Shown here one piece after another: positions 1-15,016 of a stretch of 64,000 nt of DNA. The position numbers and the translations under genes are program-made. The stretch is from NCBI RefSeq assembly GCF_009914755.1, contig NC_060927.1. One strand, 5' to 3'. Each line of letters begins with the position of its first letter. Within the stretch, counting starts at the first letter, position 1. The stretch is from the human T2T-CHM13v2.0 reference genome, Homo sapiens. The notes under the pieces were generated by a model. The model searched no databases and was not told the origin of the DNA. It saw only the letters and a program-made list of their open reading frames with translations.

Positions 1-2359
1 TCTAGACATTTAAAATGAATTAATAAGTGAATATTATTTAAGACTTTCATGACCATTTTTACCTCAGAAGTTCAGTGTTTTCCCTAAGATCTAAAAAATT
101 TTATACATTAAAATGTCAGAGTATCTTTTAAATTTACCAAATCAATGTTGATAATATTTTCTAACTAGTGTGAAATTCATAAGCTAAATTATCAAAAAAA
201 GATATATTTCAGGATCTAAATGAATATAATACTATTCCACCTCTCAATACTTTTTTTAGAAGCTAAAATTTGGGAAATAAAAATCAATTTTTAATTCTGT
301 TATTTACAAATTAAACCAAAAATCTTAGTTGAGTCTTAAATGAGTCTCACTTCGTAGTGTTTCTTTGTACTTAATTTCAAATGAAATTTGTTTTAGAATC
401 AAAAGTCTCATAAGTTGTATATTTTAGTAGTGTAAACTATAGTGTTGTAGATTTATTTAATAATTAGATGAATATTATGCAGTCTCTCCATGAAAAATTA
501 CATATATGTAAAATCATATATTAAAATTATATATATATATATATAAAAAACTCAAAATGTGCATGCAATTTCAAGTTGTCCCAAATTTATGAAGCCAACC
601 AATAGTCCCCAAATCCACAATGAGGACTTTACATGATGAACAAAAGATGTATGGTGGAAAAACTACTAATTCAAACTGAAAAACTTGTTTTTATACTTCA
701 GCTTTCCTGAACCAGACCATGGCTGTATCTCATTCTTTCACGTCTCTCTTGTGCCCAACTGCTTCCCTTACGTTCATTCAGGTAGAGCTGAAATTCCCAT
801 TTAAATGTAATCCTTTAGATGTGTGATTGTAATTTAAAAATGGGGGACCCTAGTGAACCTGAGTGACTGGTTTCTTGCCAAAGCTTGCACCAGGCAAGGT
901 TTACTAAAAACACACATTGATATCTGCATAACTCTCTCTGATCCATCAGAGGGCTTACAAGTAAAAGAAAAAGGAAGATAATTGTTAGCAAAACCAGCAT
1001 ACCAGTTTGCAAATATATATACACAAACTGAAAGATGGAAAATGGCATCCCAGTTAAAAGGGGAGAAAACGAAATTTGACCAAATAACACTACACCTATG
1101 CAAGTGTATTAAATTTGTACTTTAATATGATTATATTGAAAAATGAAATAAGTCTAAATGAAAATATCTTGTAGTATAATGTCACTATAGGCAAAGAGAA
1201 TAATACTCAGACACACTAAACCCCTCTGAGGTTTCCTTATGCCATAAATGCCACAAAAATTATCCTCCAGGAAAATGTATGTTTTGTTCCCCAAGAGGTA
1301 ATGGCTCAAAGGACATTATCTGTGTGTGAGTGTTCCAAAGATTTCTTTAGCATCATCCAATAGGTGCTTTAAATACTTATTTTTTATAAAGTACTTTTTG
1401 TCAGGCAATATATATGTTAGAAATTAGCAGGTCCTCCAGTTGTAAAACCTTGACATTGACTATAATTGAGGAGGTTAGTGTCAGCGTGTTCGTAAGTATT
1501 ACCTGTCATTTGAAATATGACAGTGCTGTAACTGCAAGACCTTGGGGATGCTTGTGTGTTGGTACTGCCATCTGACTGCCTTAGAAACTGCCAGACAGTC
1601 TTCTTAATGCCTCTGACCCTGAGATAATTAACATGGCCCTAGAGGCCTCTGCCTTTTCCATTTGCACACTTGTTGTTTAATAAGATGTTTGCTGCTATTT
1701 ATGCTTTCCTCTGATATAACAATGTGCCTTTAAAGAGAAAGGACTTCAGTTCCATTAAGTTTTCTGTTATAGACATTACTTCTGTGTACAAGTTGCTTAT
1801 AGACGAGTTTTGTTACTTTTCTGAAAATTAAAATATATTTCTAATATTGTGTTTTTAAGCTTGAATTTTGATTCCTGTAAATGCATTTTACAATGAGACA
1901 AACAACTTATCTGAAATATAGGCACTTACTTTGACAGTTGCATTATGTATCATGTAGACTAGAAATTGCAAAATGGAAGCCAAAAATAAAAGCAAATTTA
2001 AATGTCTTTAGGGAAGATTTGATAGGATTTTAGTTTCTACATTCCCAAGAGCACAGCCAAGAGTTAAAACAACCTGCTTTTACTTCCGTTAAGATAAGAG
2101 GATTGATTTACAATTAGGACTGCATAGAATTTGCAAAATTAGTTTGTAAATTGGGAATAATTTTTTGTAAATCAGATATAAGAAAATTAAAGAGAAAAGA
2201 AGTGTAGCAGTACAAATCTTTAATGTAAGGAAGAATAAAATTGCAGAGTTTACTATTAGCAAGCTCTTGTATTTGTTCAATGTATTTAGTTTTATCAAAG
2301 AATTTCATAATTGTTTATGAACAGTTAATGGATTTTGGATTGTATCTATTTATTTGTAT

Positions 2360-2470
2360 ACAGCCATGCCTGGTTTTATTGCACTTTGCAGATACTACTT
2401 TTTTAAAAAAATGTAAGGTTTGTGACAACCCTGCACCCTGCAAGCCATATCAGTATTCTTCAAAAGTGTG
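2360..2470. mobile_element. Tigger1 DNA transposon terminal fragment
   Basis: cagccatgcctggttttattgcactttgcagatact...aaggtttgtgacaaccctgca resembles the Tigger1 terminus; preceded by TA. Confidence 0.6.
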
Positions 2471-2594
2471 ATATTAATGACTTCTAAATATTTCATGAAA
2501 TTAATATTATAATTTTAAATAGTTAAATATCATGCATGATATTATAAAACTGTTAAATACATTAGAACAAAACATTAACCAACTATAACTTTGT

Positions 2595-3720
2595 TTTTTA
2601 AAATTTTTTATATTTCAACTTTAATTTTAGAATGAGGGGGTACATGTGCAGGTTTGTTACACGGGTACATTGTATGATGCTTCGGTTTGGGGTATGATTG
2701 GTTTCATCACCCAGGTAGCCTGGTACCCAATAGGTAATTTTTCAACCCTTGCCTCCCTCCTTCCATACTCTAGGAGTCCCCAGTGTCTATTGTTCCCATC
2801 TTTATGTTCATGTGTACTCAATGTTTAGCTCCTACTTATAAGTGAGAGCATGTGGTACCTGTTTCTGCATTAATTCACTTAGGATAATGGCCTTCGCTTG
2901 CATCCATGCTGCTGCAGAGGATATGATTTCATTCTTTTTTATTGCTGCGTAGTATTCCATGGTGTATGTGTACCACATTTTCTTTATACAATTGACCACA
3001 GATGGGCACCTGGGTTGATTCCATGTCTTTGCTACTGTGAATAGTGCTGAGACAAACATACAAGTGCATGTTTCTTTTTGGTAGAACGATTTATTTTCTT
3101 TTGAGTATATACCCAGTAGTGAGATTGCTGGATCAAATGGTAGTTCTGTATTTAGTTCTTTGAGAAGTCTCCAACTGCTTTCCACCATGACTGAACAAAT
3201 GTATGTTCCCACCAACAGTGTATAAGCATTCCTTTTTCTCTCCAGCCTCACTGACATCTGTTATTTTTTACTTTTTAATAATAACCATTCTGACTGGTGT
3301 GAGATGGTATCTCATTGCGGTTTTGATTTGCATTTATCTGATGTTAGTGATGTTGAGCATTTTTTCATGTTTGTTGCCTGCTTCTATGTCTTCTTTTGAG
3401 AAGTGCCTATTCATATCCTTTGCCCAGTTTTTAATGGGGTTATTTGTTTTTTCTTATTAATGTGTTTAAGCTTCTTATATATTCTGAATATTAGACCTTT
3501 GACCAATGCATAGTTTGCAAACATTTCTCCCATTCTTTATGTTGTCTGTTTATTTTTTTGATAGTTTCTTTTGGTGTGCAGAAGCTCTTTAGTTTAATTA
3601 AGTCCTACTTATCAATTTTTATTTTTATTGCAATTGCTTTTGTATAGTTAGTTACAAATCATTTCCCAGGGCTGATGTCCAGATGGGTATTTCTAGTTTT
3701 CTTGTAGGATTTTTATAATT
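2595..3720 (-). mobile_element. 5'-truncated L1 (L1PA15-16/L1PB-like): ORF2 C-terminus plus 3'UTR
   Basis: ORF 2832-3257 translates to L1 ORF2 C-terminal motifs ([47 protein letters not shown]). T-rich tail at ~2595; possible TSD actataa(c/t)tt. Confidence 0.9.
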
Positions 3721-4989
3721 TTTCTACTATAATTTTAAACAAAATTGTTAATATCCAGTATTATTAATAAATCTGTGTAATTGCTTAATATTCTCAAAAA
3801 ATTAGCATTTTTTTAACAAATACTAGTGCTAGTGATATCCATGCGGTAAGCTCTATTAAGCCTTGAGTAAATTCAGTGATTTCTTTTTTTATATCAAGAA
3901 TTATATTGCTCATTGTTTATTAATATCTACAACATGCCAGGTGTTCACCAAATAATCCTCATTTCCACATTAAAGTGTCAATACACAAGCATTACCTATA
4001 TAGAACTTGTACCACAATAACAAATATTATATAATTTAATTTTTCAGCCATCCAACAGCCAGCCTTTTTTTTATGCTGTGCCTTTGCCTTTACCTGGCAG
4101 GCTCTTTCCCAGATGTTTGCATGTTCAAATGTCTTTCCTCAAAGTTCTTCTCACGAAAGGTTTTCCTGACTACAAAATTAAAAAATATATATATCATTTC
4201 CTTCAACTCAACTATTCTCTAATTCCATATTTTTCTCCATAGCACTTTCACTACCAGGAATTTTATTACCAATGTAGTTTAATTGTGTCATCAAGTTACT
4301 TAGGAGTCTCAACACATTTGGGCATAAAGTGGATGGAGTTTTATTTTTTCCAATCACTGCTTTCAACTATAGCATTTTCTCTATTCTTCCCTTAAAAGGG
4401 ATGCCATAGCTCTCCTGTCATGTTCATTTGTTAATGCCATCTCAGCATTTCAGAGTTTCCTGCTTCTTCCCAATCAGCACAGGTGAAGACTGTGGCCCAC
4501 AGTTTATTTAAAAGGAAAATTGTTCAATATAATCATGCTATATGACACATCTTTTGTTCCTCAAAGCTCAAGCGGGGGATGGAAGAGTAAATGAGATAGC
4601 AAGGTTGGTGGTGGGGAGGGGTCCGTGGATCTGGTTCCGTTGGATGTTAATGGCTCTGATGATATTTGATGGTTTCCATAAATGTGTTGTTAGTGGTTTC
4701 ACCCTAGCTCCCTCCTTTTCTGAGGAACCAAAAAAGTTTAGAAAGAACTTTTTTGCCCACCCACATAAACTTCTTCTCTGACCGTGCTACCTTGTCCTAT
4801 CTCCTGTTAATCTGCTGAGAACCATTGTATTTACTGTTCCTTCCTCATGAACAGATGATATTGTCTGTCTTGATATTTACTATTCTGTTTTTTGCTCATC
4901 AACTGTCACTCACCTGGAAAGGCACTCCTTCTCAGCATATGTCTAAATTTTATCATGTCACAGCTACTTAGAAGAATTTATTCCCGGTA

Positions 4990-5650
4990 TGTGTCAGTGA
5001 AATTCCTTTTGTCAAGGTTATCAGTCATCTCCAGGTGCCTGATCCCATAGTTGTATCTCAGTCTTCATGTAATTCAATCTATCAGCAACATTTGACACAG
5101 GTGGTCTCTCCTTTTTGTTTGAAACACTTTATTTGCCTAATATCCTGGATACCACATTTTCACTGGCTGCTCCTTTTCTTATTTCTAACCCCTAAACACT
5201 GGAATATCACAAGCTCAATGCTTGGAACTCTTTCTTCTCCCTTTACTCTCACTCCTTACGTGGTTTAATCCAGTTCATGATGTGAAGCGCCATCTTGAAT
5301 TTCATATCTGAATTTATAGTCTAAGAAGTTGCATTCCAAACCTCTTTGCTGAACTTGAGACTCATATATAGAGCTGCCTATTTGACATTATCACTTGAAT
5401 ATGTAATAGTATCTCAGATAAAACATTTCTAAAGCAAAACGTATGAAGCCTCACCACTGTGTACGGCCAAACCTATTCTTCTTGTAGTCTTCTCCGTTTC
5501 AGAATATCCACGCTTCTTGATTCTCAAGTTAAAACTGTCACATCTCCTTAATCTTCTTTCTCTCATGCCATGTATAATCCATGAGAAAATCTTGTTGGTT
5601 TTCCTTTTCAAGTATGTTTAGGATCTGATTCAATCTTGCTGTCTCCACCT
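4990..5650. mobile_element. Old L2 fragment
   Basis: Degenerate L2 motifs (ctatcagcaacatttgacacag, gaacttgagactcatatat, ctgcctatttgacatt). Confidence 0.55.
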
Positions 5651-6109
5651 TTGACACTCCATTTAATAAGCCCTCCTTGGCTATTGAAAGGATGACCTCA
5701 TTTATGTTCTGCTTTTTTAAAAAAAGCTTGGTAAACTCTAGCCACACCAGCCTTTTATTGTACAGCACATGTGCATTGTTGCCTTTAAAGCCAGATACAA
5801 GTTCTGATTGTCCTTCAGTTAAGTTGGATGAAACTTAATTTGTTTGTGCTCAAGTTGAAATAAATCATATTATGGCAAATGTTCATGATGCCAAACTCAA
5901 CCTCTCATTAGAAATTTTGCGCCTGTTATCATCTCAAATTAGAACTGTTTCCTTGTATAGCCACATGGCCAGGTCCCTTATTTTATTTCAAGTCTCTACT
6001 CAAATGACATCTTATCAAAGAGACTTCCCCTGGCCACACTTTCTCCATTACTATCTATCCCATTTGACTATGTTTTATTTTTCTTCATGGCATGTTATTT
6101 ATTATTGAT

Positions 6110-6350
6110 AGTAAGGCATACTGGTGACTTAAGAGGGTGAATGCTAGATCCAAACTGCCGAGAATTCAGTCTTTGTCTCCTACTGCTGGCTTAATGACTT
6201 TGGGCAAGTTTTTAAAACTTTCCGTGCCTGAGTTACTCATCTATCAAACAGGAATTATTATAGTACTTACCTCATAAATTGTTGTGAGTTAGCACAAAGC
6301 ACTTAGAACAGCACCTGGCATCAGTAAGCATTCAGTAAGTGTTAGTTATA
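6110..6350 (+). mobile_element. MIR SINE
   Basis: MIR core: gactttgggcaagtttttaaaactttccgtgcctgagttactcatctat...agcacttagaacagcacctggca. Confidence 0.7.
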
Positions 6351-7254
6351 ATCATATGAATTATTATTACTATCTTTTATATATTTCTTTAATGTGTGTC
6401 TTCTCTCATTAAAATATAACCTCATTGAGTGTTTTGTTCACTACTGTATTCTCAGTGTCCAGAAGTATTTCTGGCATATTGTAGGTATTCAAGAGATATT
6501 TGTTGAACAGTTGAAAGAAGTAATAAAGGTGGCCATAATAAATGAATGAAGGTTATGAGAGATGTATAATTTGTCCCACGACCAACTCCTCTTTATAACT
6601 TGCCATACTCAACTGGATCTGTGGGGATCTACTTGAACAGGTACATTCTGCATGACCTATGCCTAGGTTGAAAATTGGGATGCAACACAATAGAGTTCAG
6701 ATATAAAAGAAGTTTGAATTGGTTGACAGGTATGTTTTAAGAATAAAGTAGACTTAAAGTAGCTTCCAATGAGGATAAGCATTGATGTGTGTCTGAGGGA
6801 TAGAAGGACGAAGATAATTTAAAATGGAAAAACAGTATGGTCCTATGAAAGGCCAATCCACATTAGTCAGCAGGTCAGGGTGCCATCAGTAGGAGAGCAA
6901 TATAAGATAAGACCAAATGTGGAGGGTCTGTGACAAGGGACAGGGTGTCTGGCTTTATGCTATGGGCCTTTTTCCCTGACTCTGTGCTCCTGAGGGGCAC
7001 AATACTCTCAAGGTTGTCAAAGTGGCTTAGTAGGCATGCAGACTAGAGTAAGACGAAGGACATGTGTGGTTGATGCTGTGTTTTAATATTGATATAGCAA
7101 TGAATATATAAGAATGTGAAAAAACTGGAAAAGACTGGTTAAAAGCAGAAGGCCTTTAAAAATTCAGACATCAGATATTTGGTTAAACAAAACATATAGA
7201 ATTAGGTATATTTATGTTTAATTAGGGCTTTGCTGTTAATTCAAAATCATTTAA

Positions 7255-7390
7255 AATATGTTCTCCAGACCTCCAATATCAGACTCATTTGGGAAGCTTA
7301 TTGAAAATTCAGATTCCTAAGTCCAACCTGGACTGACCAAATCTGAATATCTGAGTTACACCCGATATGACTAAATTTTAAGAAACTGCC
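7255..7390. mobile_element. MER5-like hAT-Charlie fragment
   Basis: atcagactcatttgggaagcttattgaaaattcagattcctaagtcc resembles MER5A. Confidence 0.45.
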
Positions 7391-7814
7391 TGTTCTCTTC
7401 TGGCATAAGATTTTCTTACTAAAATTCAGAATGAATGCATTTAGCTTGTATAGATGAGGCAAGTAAAGCGGGTAGACCTACATAAAAGTGAAGATATTTA
7501 AAGATAAAAGGATACTCAACAATTTTACTAGGTCAGTAATTTGGAAAGCGTAATTTATTTTTTACTTCATTTATGGTAAGATACACTAGTTGAAGTAAAT
7601 GTTAAAATCCTTAATTAGAATCAAAATGTCACTAAAATTATCTTTCAGCATTTTGCTTGTATGATTATTAACTTCGTTTATCTTTTTCTTACTCTGGTGT
7701 GTCTTCTGAACCACTTTTTCTGTATATTTATATCTTTTCTAATTATAAAGGTCATTATTGTCATTTTCGACCATCAATATGTTTTAAAAATAACAAAATA
7801 ATACTGACTTTTAA

Positions 7815-8178
<364 letters not shown>

Positions 8179-8388
8179 CATAGGACACACTTTTTTAACT
8201 TGATGTTTTACTACTTTAAAAAATATTTTATTGTTTTTCCTAATGCTCCTGCTGTTGGCCAGTGTCATATTTTTCCATCTGTTCTTTTTTTTTTTTTTTT
8301 TTTTAGCGTTCCTATACTTGCTACCCAACAACAACAACAACAGCATAATAACTCCTGTTTTCTCCTCACCAAAAGCTGAGGCATTCCT

Positions 8389-8510
8389 TTACTTCTTTGT
8401 CTGAATATGATACAGTCACTCCTCCTACATGCAGCTCTTCCACATTCACTCAGAGCTACTCTCTCATACACAGGTTGGTCGTTTCTTCTGAGACCTGGAC
8501 AGTAGGGGTT
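8389..8510 (+). repeat. ~120-bp dispersed direct repeat, copy A (partner 10890-11016)
   Basis: ctgaatatgatac...atgcagctcttccacattcactcagagctactctctc...tcttctgagacctggacagtaggg aligns to copy B at roughly 80-85% by eye. Confidence 0.85.
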
Positions 8511-9039
8511 CTGACCGAGAGTACCCTGCTTGGGCCTCCTTTAACTACGTTTCTCACCCATGAAGTCAAACAAGGCTAAAAGATTCTGCCAGTAACGAAA
8601 AAAGCTACTTTTAGATCCAGATCATTTATTACAAACAGAGAGAGTGAAAACTAGATGATCTAAGGTGCCAGCTTCCCACTTGTCCTCCAGGACAACATTG
8701 ACATGAAAGGCACTGGTGATATGACTAAGTCACATGAGTATTAGAACACCCTTTGCTGACATGCTGCTTCCAAGCTGCAACCAAGCACTCTGCTAGCCTA
8801 CAGCTGTACCCTAGAAGAAGGGTAGGGGAAAGAGGGCTTCATACCTCAGGAGAACCAAAGAGATGAGAAATTGCCTCATGACAACACCCCTGAAAGATAA
8901 GGAGATGGGAGATAAATGGCTTTGTAGCATCTCCTCACAAGCCTCCCATGTTCTCACAGTTTGGGAGAATCACAGGGTGTTCTGACAGAGCTTAGACTAG
9001 CTGGGGTTAACCCTTGCCTACATGGCCTCTGTGAAGATG

Positions 9040-9355
9040 TACAAGGTTACCAGAGCTCCATGGCAGAGTGATTTCCCTATCTGGATTCCACAGTCTGCCT
9101 ACCTCAAGATCAAGCTCTCTGGGTACCTGGACCTGGAGTTCTCTGTCTAAATGGCCTCATGCCTGCTTCTACCTCCTGTGTGAGCCTTTTTCCTAGGTAG
9201 ATCATTTCCAGTTAGACTGCATTCTGGTATACACATCCTAGTTCTAAGGGGGTGGCTGGAGTGTTATGTTTGTGTGAGTCTACAAAGAGCTTGGATGAGC
9301 AGGCCACGGTATCCCCATTCATGCTTGCAAGGCCCCTTAGGTGCTAGACAGAGGT
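9040..9355. mobile_element. Possible Zaphod/MER115 (hAT-Tip100) fragment
   Basis: GC-richer block with motifs recalled from Zaphod/MER115 (aaatggcct, gagcttggatgagcaggcc...gcaaggcccct); weak match. Confidence 0.35.
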
Positions 9356-10286
9356 ACTACATCAGAATCAAATTGTACTAATGAATGAAGCCTCTGCTGC
9401 CTGGAAGGGAAAACCAAAGGAAGGGAGCGTGGATTTAAAAAGCCGAAGTAAAGACTTTCTTGGCCTCCCTCCTAATTGTTACCTAGTGATTATCAGAAAT
9501 TGTAGATTCTTACAAGAGAGGAAGAGAAATATGACAACTTTTTTATTGTCATGACAGTCCAAAAACCTTGAGCCTAGATGTTTTTTTCTTAGAGTAAAAG
9601 CCAATAAATATTATGATAAAATCTTTAAATAGAAAATGAAGTGGAAGGCTTAACATTTTTTTAAGGATTCGTGGGAAGAATGCTAAATGAAACATATTTA
9701 TTTGCTAACAAATCTTCTTATAAAACACAAAATTTTAGAGATTTTGATCAGTAATGTTGCCTACATGTCATTGTTTTAATAAAGCTATACACTGAGTAAA
9801 TAAATAAAATAAGAAAAAAATGAATTTACTGACACTTTCACTAAGACTCACCTAAGGCATAAGCTTTTTGTTTTGAACCACAAGATTATGACCAACATAC
9901 TACCTATTTGCTCACCCCTGGAGCAGTACACACAATTGCAAGTTGTAGACCTTTGACAAGGTAAAATTGTGTATGCTTAAAAATAAATTCATAAAGATAC
10001 CACAAAAATTTTGCTTTTAGACTAGCCACCTACTTGTCCTTGTGACTGTTATTTCAGAATGTAGCCATTTGCCATGAATCATTTTCTTTTAGTTTCAATA
10101 ATTCTTAATGAACTTTACATCAACAATGCGTAACTTGAAGTATACATCAGAGGCTCTTTTAAAATAAAGTCATTGGTCCCAAACTGAATGACCTTCTGAT
10201 TCAGAATATCTGGGTTTAGCACGTAATATCTAAATTTTACGTGCTGAGGTGGAAGTGGAATTTTCTTTTTTTTTTTAAGCTTTGCC

Positions 10287-10416
10287 TATGTAGTGAACAA
10301 ATAATTTATCGTGCAAACGTAAACAGTTTTGAAAGTGAAAGAGGGTGCTATTAATATTGCGTTGGGACCAGAGGTATAAATTGGTACTGTCCAAACCAGA
10401 ACAAATGCCCATCCTA
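10287..10416. mobile_element. MER94-like hAT-Blackjack MITE
   Basis: ataatttatcgtgcaaac...ttttgaaagtgaaagagggtgctattaata...ggtactgtcc matches the recalled consensus. Confidence 0.6.
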
Positions 10417-10644
10417 TCTAAAGGTGACGGAAAAATGCTATCTAGTCAAACCAAATAAACAAACTCTCTGATAGTGGAATTTATCACATGGTGAGATCAC
10501 ATGCAGTTGCGGGCTAGGAGTAGCACCCCCCTTTTATTTTTGGACCAAATATAATAATGAATATTCATTTTAAAGAAAGAAAAATATGTTTTCTTTCCTT
10601 ATCTCCTGGTTTATTTTTTATAAAGTTTCAGCTACAAGGTTCTG

Positions 10645-10884
10645 TTGTTTGTTTTTTGTTTCTGAGATGGAGTTTTGCTCTTGTAGCCCATGCTAGAGAG
10701 CAGTGGCACAAACTCGGCTCACTGCAACCTCTGCCTCCTGGGTTCAAGCAATTCTCCTGCCTCAGCCTCCTGAGTAGCTGGAACTACAGGCATGTGCCAC
10801 GACGCCTGGCTAATTTTTTATATTCTTAGTAGAGACAGGTTTTTACCATATTGGCCAGGCTGGTCTCGAACTCCTGACCTCAGA
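10645..10884 (-). mobile_element. 5'-truncated AluS
   Basis: T-rich tail, right arm and part of the left arm; stops abruptly at ...ctcctgacctcag. Confidence 0.9.
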
Positions 10885-10889
10885 GCTAT

Positions 10890-11016
10890 TATGTCTTTAA
10901 CTGAATAGGATACCTACACAATCCCTCCTCCTTTATGCAGCTCTTCCACGTTCACTCAGAACTATTCTCTCGTATGCAGGCAGGCAGTGTCTTCTGAGAC
11001 CTGGACAATAGGGTTA
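10890..11016 (+). repeat. ~125-bp dispersed direct repeat, copy B (partner 8389-8510)
   Basis: ctgaataggatac...atgcagctcttccacgttcactcagaactattctctc...tcttctgagacctggacaataggg. Confidence 0.85.
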
Positions 11017-14000
11017 TGTAGTATAATTTTATGTAGTCTCCTTCGTAGTTGATCATCATGAATCATAAAAAGTAGATAATATGCTGTTCTATTTCGTATT
11101 CTTTGTGCTGGAGTACTTTGACCCTTTACCATTATTTTGCTAGTTTTAAACTTACTAGACAAGTGAAACAGTAGAAATAGTTTGTGGTGCTCTTAGTGTA
11201 GGAAATTCTATCTGTGAAGGGTTTACTGAGTACCAAGAGTTTAGTATACAGTAGGAAAGCCATATTCCATTTTTCCAAAGCAATTTCATTTTTTAAAATA
11301 TTTGTCTTTGATACTTATGTAGCTTCTTGTTTTTTTTATTCATGTATTCACACATTCTTTCATTCCTTTAGTTTTGCGGTTGAATATACAAATTTGTACA
11401 AGATTATACCTAACACTCTGTACTGATTATACTCAGTTTTTAGCTTTTCTTTACAAAAATGTATAGATCTTACACTTACAAAAAAGATATACACATGCGC
11501 ACAGGCATATGTGCACACACACGCATACACTCAACCCCAGCCAAGATCTCTCTTACAAGCTCCAGTCTTGTGTCAATCTGTCTACTTAGCATCATGATTT
11601 GGGTGTTTCAAACTCCTGAATAAACATGTCCACGCCTGAAATTGTAATCATTCTTTTCAAACTGCTTTTCTTCCAGTGTACAACTTTTTAATAAACTGGT
11701 GTCACTGTCCATCAAAACACCCAACCTCAGAAATCCATTAATTAAATGAATAATTTCATTACTGTTTGTCTCCTAACTAGTCTATAATCTCCATTAAAGC
11801 AGAATCTGTTTTTTCCCCTTCATCATTGTATGTGCACCATTCACAGAGCCTGACACAAAATAGGCAGTCAATATTTGTGTAAAAGAGGACTGGACCTGCA
11901 ATTTAATGTATTCTGAAGTACTTCTAGCCTTGTGGTAGAAAACTTACGGGGGCCGTTTCCATAAAGTGTCAGTGCAGTGTAAGGGACAAATGCTCCAGAC
12001 TAATACCCAGAAGACTTGCTTTGATCTTTACCCCATCTTGACCTCCACTTCCCATCTGAATGTGAACTTTTCTGAGTATCATTTTATACCTCTATAACAC
12101 TAATAACCTTTTTTCCATCTACGATAGTATACTACTTCAAGGCTCAATTGAGATAATAAATATGAAAGTGTTTTGTAAACTATGAACTGCTATATAAAAA
12201 GTAAAGTCATTTATTCATAAAATCCTCTATCCTTCTTTTATAGGCAAGGCCATAACAAATTCAGTCTCTGTGAAGGGTGTTCATGCTTCTGTTTTTTCCA
12301 AGATATACAATATTTATTCTGCACTAAGTTATACAGAACCCCATATTTAAAAACATGCATCAACTCAGAGTCCAGAAAATGTTCATGCCTGAGCACACAG
12401 CAAGTAACTGTAGACACGGTGCTTGCATGCCACTGCATATTTACAGTACATTTTCATTCATGCTCTCTTACTGCCTTAATTTTTCTGTCAGCTTGAAAAG
12501 TTGCTTTTTATTCGTGCCATAACCTTATTTTGTGCAACTGCCTCTTGGAATTCATTATTATCGATATTTTGCATATCGTGGATATAGCACTTTTCAGTCT
12601 GAAAAGTCACTTTTCATGCTGATGCTATGTTTTCTAGATCTGGTGTCTGGAGTACATTATTAACCACATTTGGAGTACAGTGTTCTTCATTTGGCACTTC
12701 TTCAAGGTTCTTAAAAATATATTCAGTATAATTAATACTTTTCCATTTCTGAAGATGTTAATATGTAAGCAAATCTATAATTTACAAGCTGAGGTGGAGG
12801 AAACCATGTTTCAAATTTGCTGTTTCTAAGAATATCTATTTGCAGAATGACTTGAAGTTTTGCTCACAGCACCCTCTGTCATCTTCTTTAAACAGTTTCT
12901 AAGTGGTTATAAACTATACAAAGCTAGGAGGTCTTTGGGATTTTCTTAAGATATTGAAAGCCAGTGTCAGGATTAGAGTTATACTTCATTTGTTTAATAG
13001 ATCTTAGTAATCTTCTGCTCATGGATGACACTCAGACAAACATCCTGCAAAAATGAAGAGATGAGCGTCTTTAAAAGTGTGGTTTCCATGCATTTCCTTA
13101 ACATGTTTATACAATGACACTGTAGCTTTGGCTAGATGCTCCCGTCATTCCTTCTATGCTTTATGTACACTTGCAGGCTTTAGAGGAACACATGATTTAT
13201 AATTATGGATGCACTGTGTATATCTATACCTGTGTATCTATCTCTATATTTTTATATTTCAGCTTTATTGAGGTCTAATTGACAAGCAAAAATTGTACAT
13301 ATTCGAAAGGTACAATGTATATTTTAATATATGTATATATTGTGAAATGATTGCCAAGATCAAGAAAATTAATACATCTATCACCTTACATGCTTACCTT
13401 TTCTGTGTGTATGATGGGAACAGTTAATACCTGCTCTTATATTTCAACTGTACAAAACAGCATTATTAACTATAGTCAGCATGCTGTACATTAGGTCCTC
13501 AGAATTTATTCATCTTACAACTGCAAGTTTGTTCACTTTGACCAACTTTTCTCCATTTCTCCCAACTCCTAACCCAGGGCAACCATCATTTTATCCTTTG
13601 CTTCTGATTTAGACTTTTTTTAGATTCCACATATGTGCGATCATATGATAGTTGCCTTTCTGTGTCTGGCATACTTCACTTAATATCATGTCCTCCAGGT
13701 TCATTTATGTTATCACAAATGGCAGAATTTCCTTCTTTGTTGAAGCCAAATAATTTACTATATATATAGCCTGTTTTTCTTTGGAATACTATATATACAC
13801 CTCATTTTCTTTATCCAGTTGCTCATCAATGAACATTTAGGTTGTTTCCATATTTTGACTATTGTGAATAGTGGTACAATAAATATGAAAGTAAAGATGT
13901 CTCTTTGAGATACTGATTTTATTTCACTGTAATATATACACAGAATTGGGTTTGTTGGATCACATGACACTTCTGTTTTTAACTTAACATACTATTTTCC

Positions 14001-14238
14001 ATAGTGCCTATACCAATTTATATTCCCCCCAACAATGAATAAGGGTTCCCTTTCCTCCACATCCTCATCATCACTTCTTATCTTCTGACTTTTTGTTAAT
14101 TGTCATTCTAATAGATGTGAGGTGATATCTCACTGAGATTTTGATATGCATTTCTCTGATGATTAGTGATATTGACCATATTTTCATATATCTATTGATC
14201 ACTTGTATGTCTTCTTTTGAAAAATATCTATTCAGTTC

Positions 14239-14660
14239 CACTATGGTTTGGATATTTGCCCCTCCAAACCTCATATTGAAATGTGATACCCAGTGTTGGA
14301 GATGGGACCTAAAGTGAGTTGTTTTAGTCACGGGGGTGAATCCTTCATAAATTAATGCCCTCCCTAGGGAGTTAGTGAGTGCTCACTCTATTAGTTCAGA
14401 CCCATGAGAGTTGATTCTTAAAAAAAGCCTGGCACCTCCCCACCTCTTGCTTGCTCTCTCTCTGTGTGATCTCTGCACACACTGGCTATCCCTTTGCCTT
14501 ATGCCATGAGTGGAAGCTGCCTGAGGCCCTCATCAGTTGCAGATCCTCAGTCATTAACTTTCCAACCATCAGAATCAGAAGGCCAATAAAACTTTTTTAT
14601 TCTTTGTAAATTACCCAGCCTCAGATATTCCTCTACAGTAATCCAAACCAGACTAACACA
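14239..14660 (+). mobile_element. MST (MaLR) solo LTR nested in the L1MA
   Basis: Starts ctatggtttggatatttgcccctccaaacctcat and ends aaattacccagcctcagatattcc...cagactaacaca; AATAAA at ~14585; L1 resumes in register afterwards. Confidence 0.85.
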
Positions 14661-14710
14661 AAGTCCTTTGCCCATTTTTAAAATATGGTTATTTGATTTT
14701 TTGCCATTGA

Positions 14711-15016
<306 letters not shown>

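Noticed and set aside
8429-8480. MQLFH(I/V)HSEL peptide shared by the two ~120-bp copies as a duplicated coding exon
   Set aside because: Differences are mostly non-synonymous CpG decay, and the GT donor is absent in copy B.
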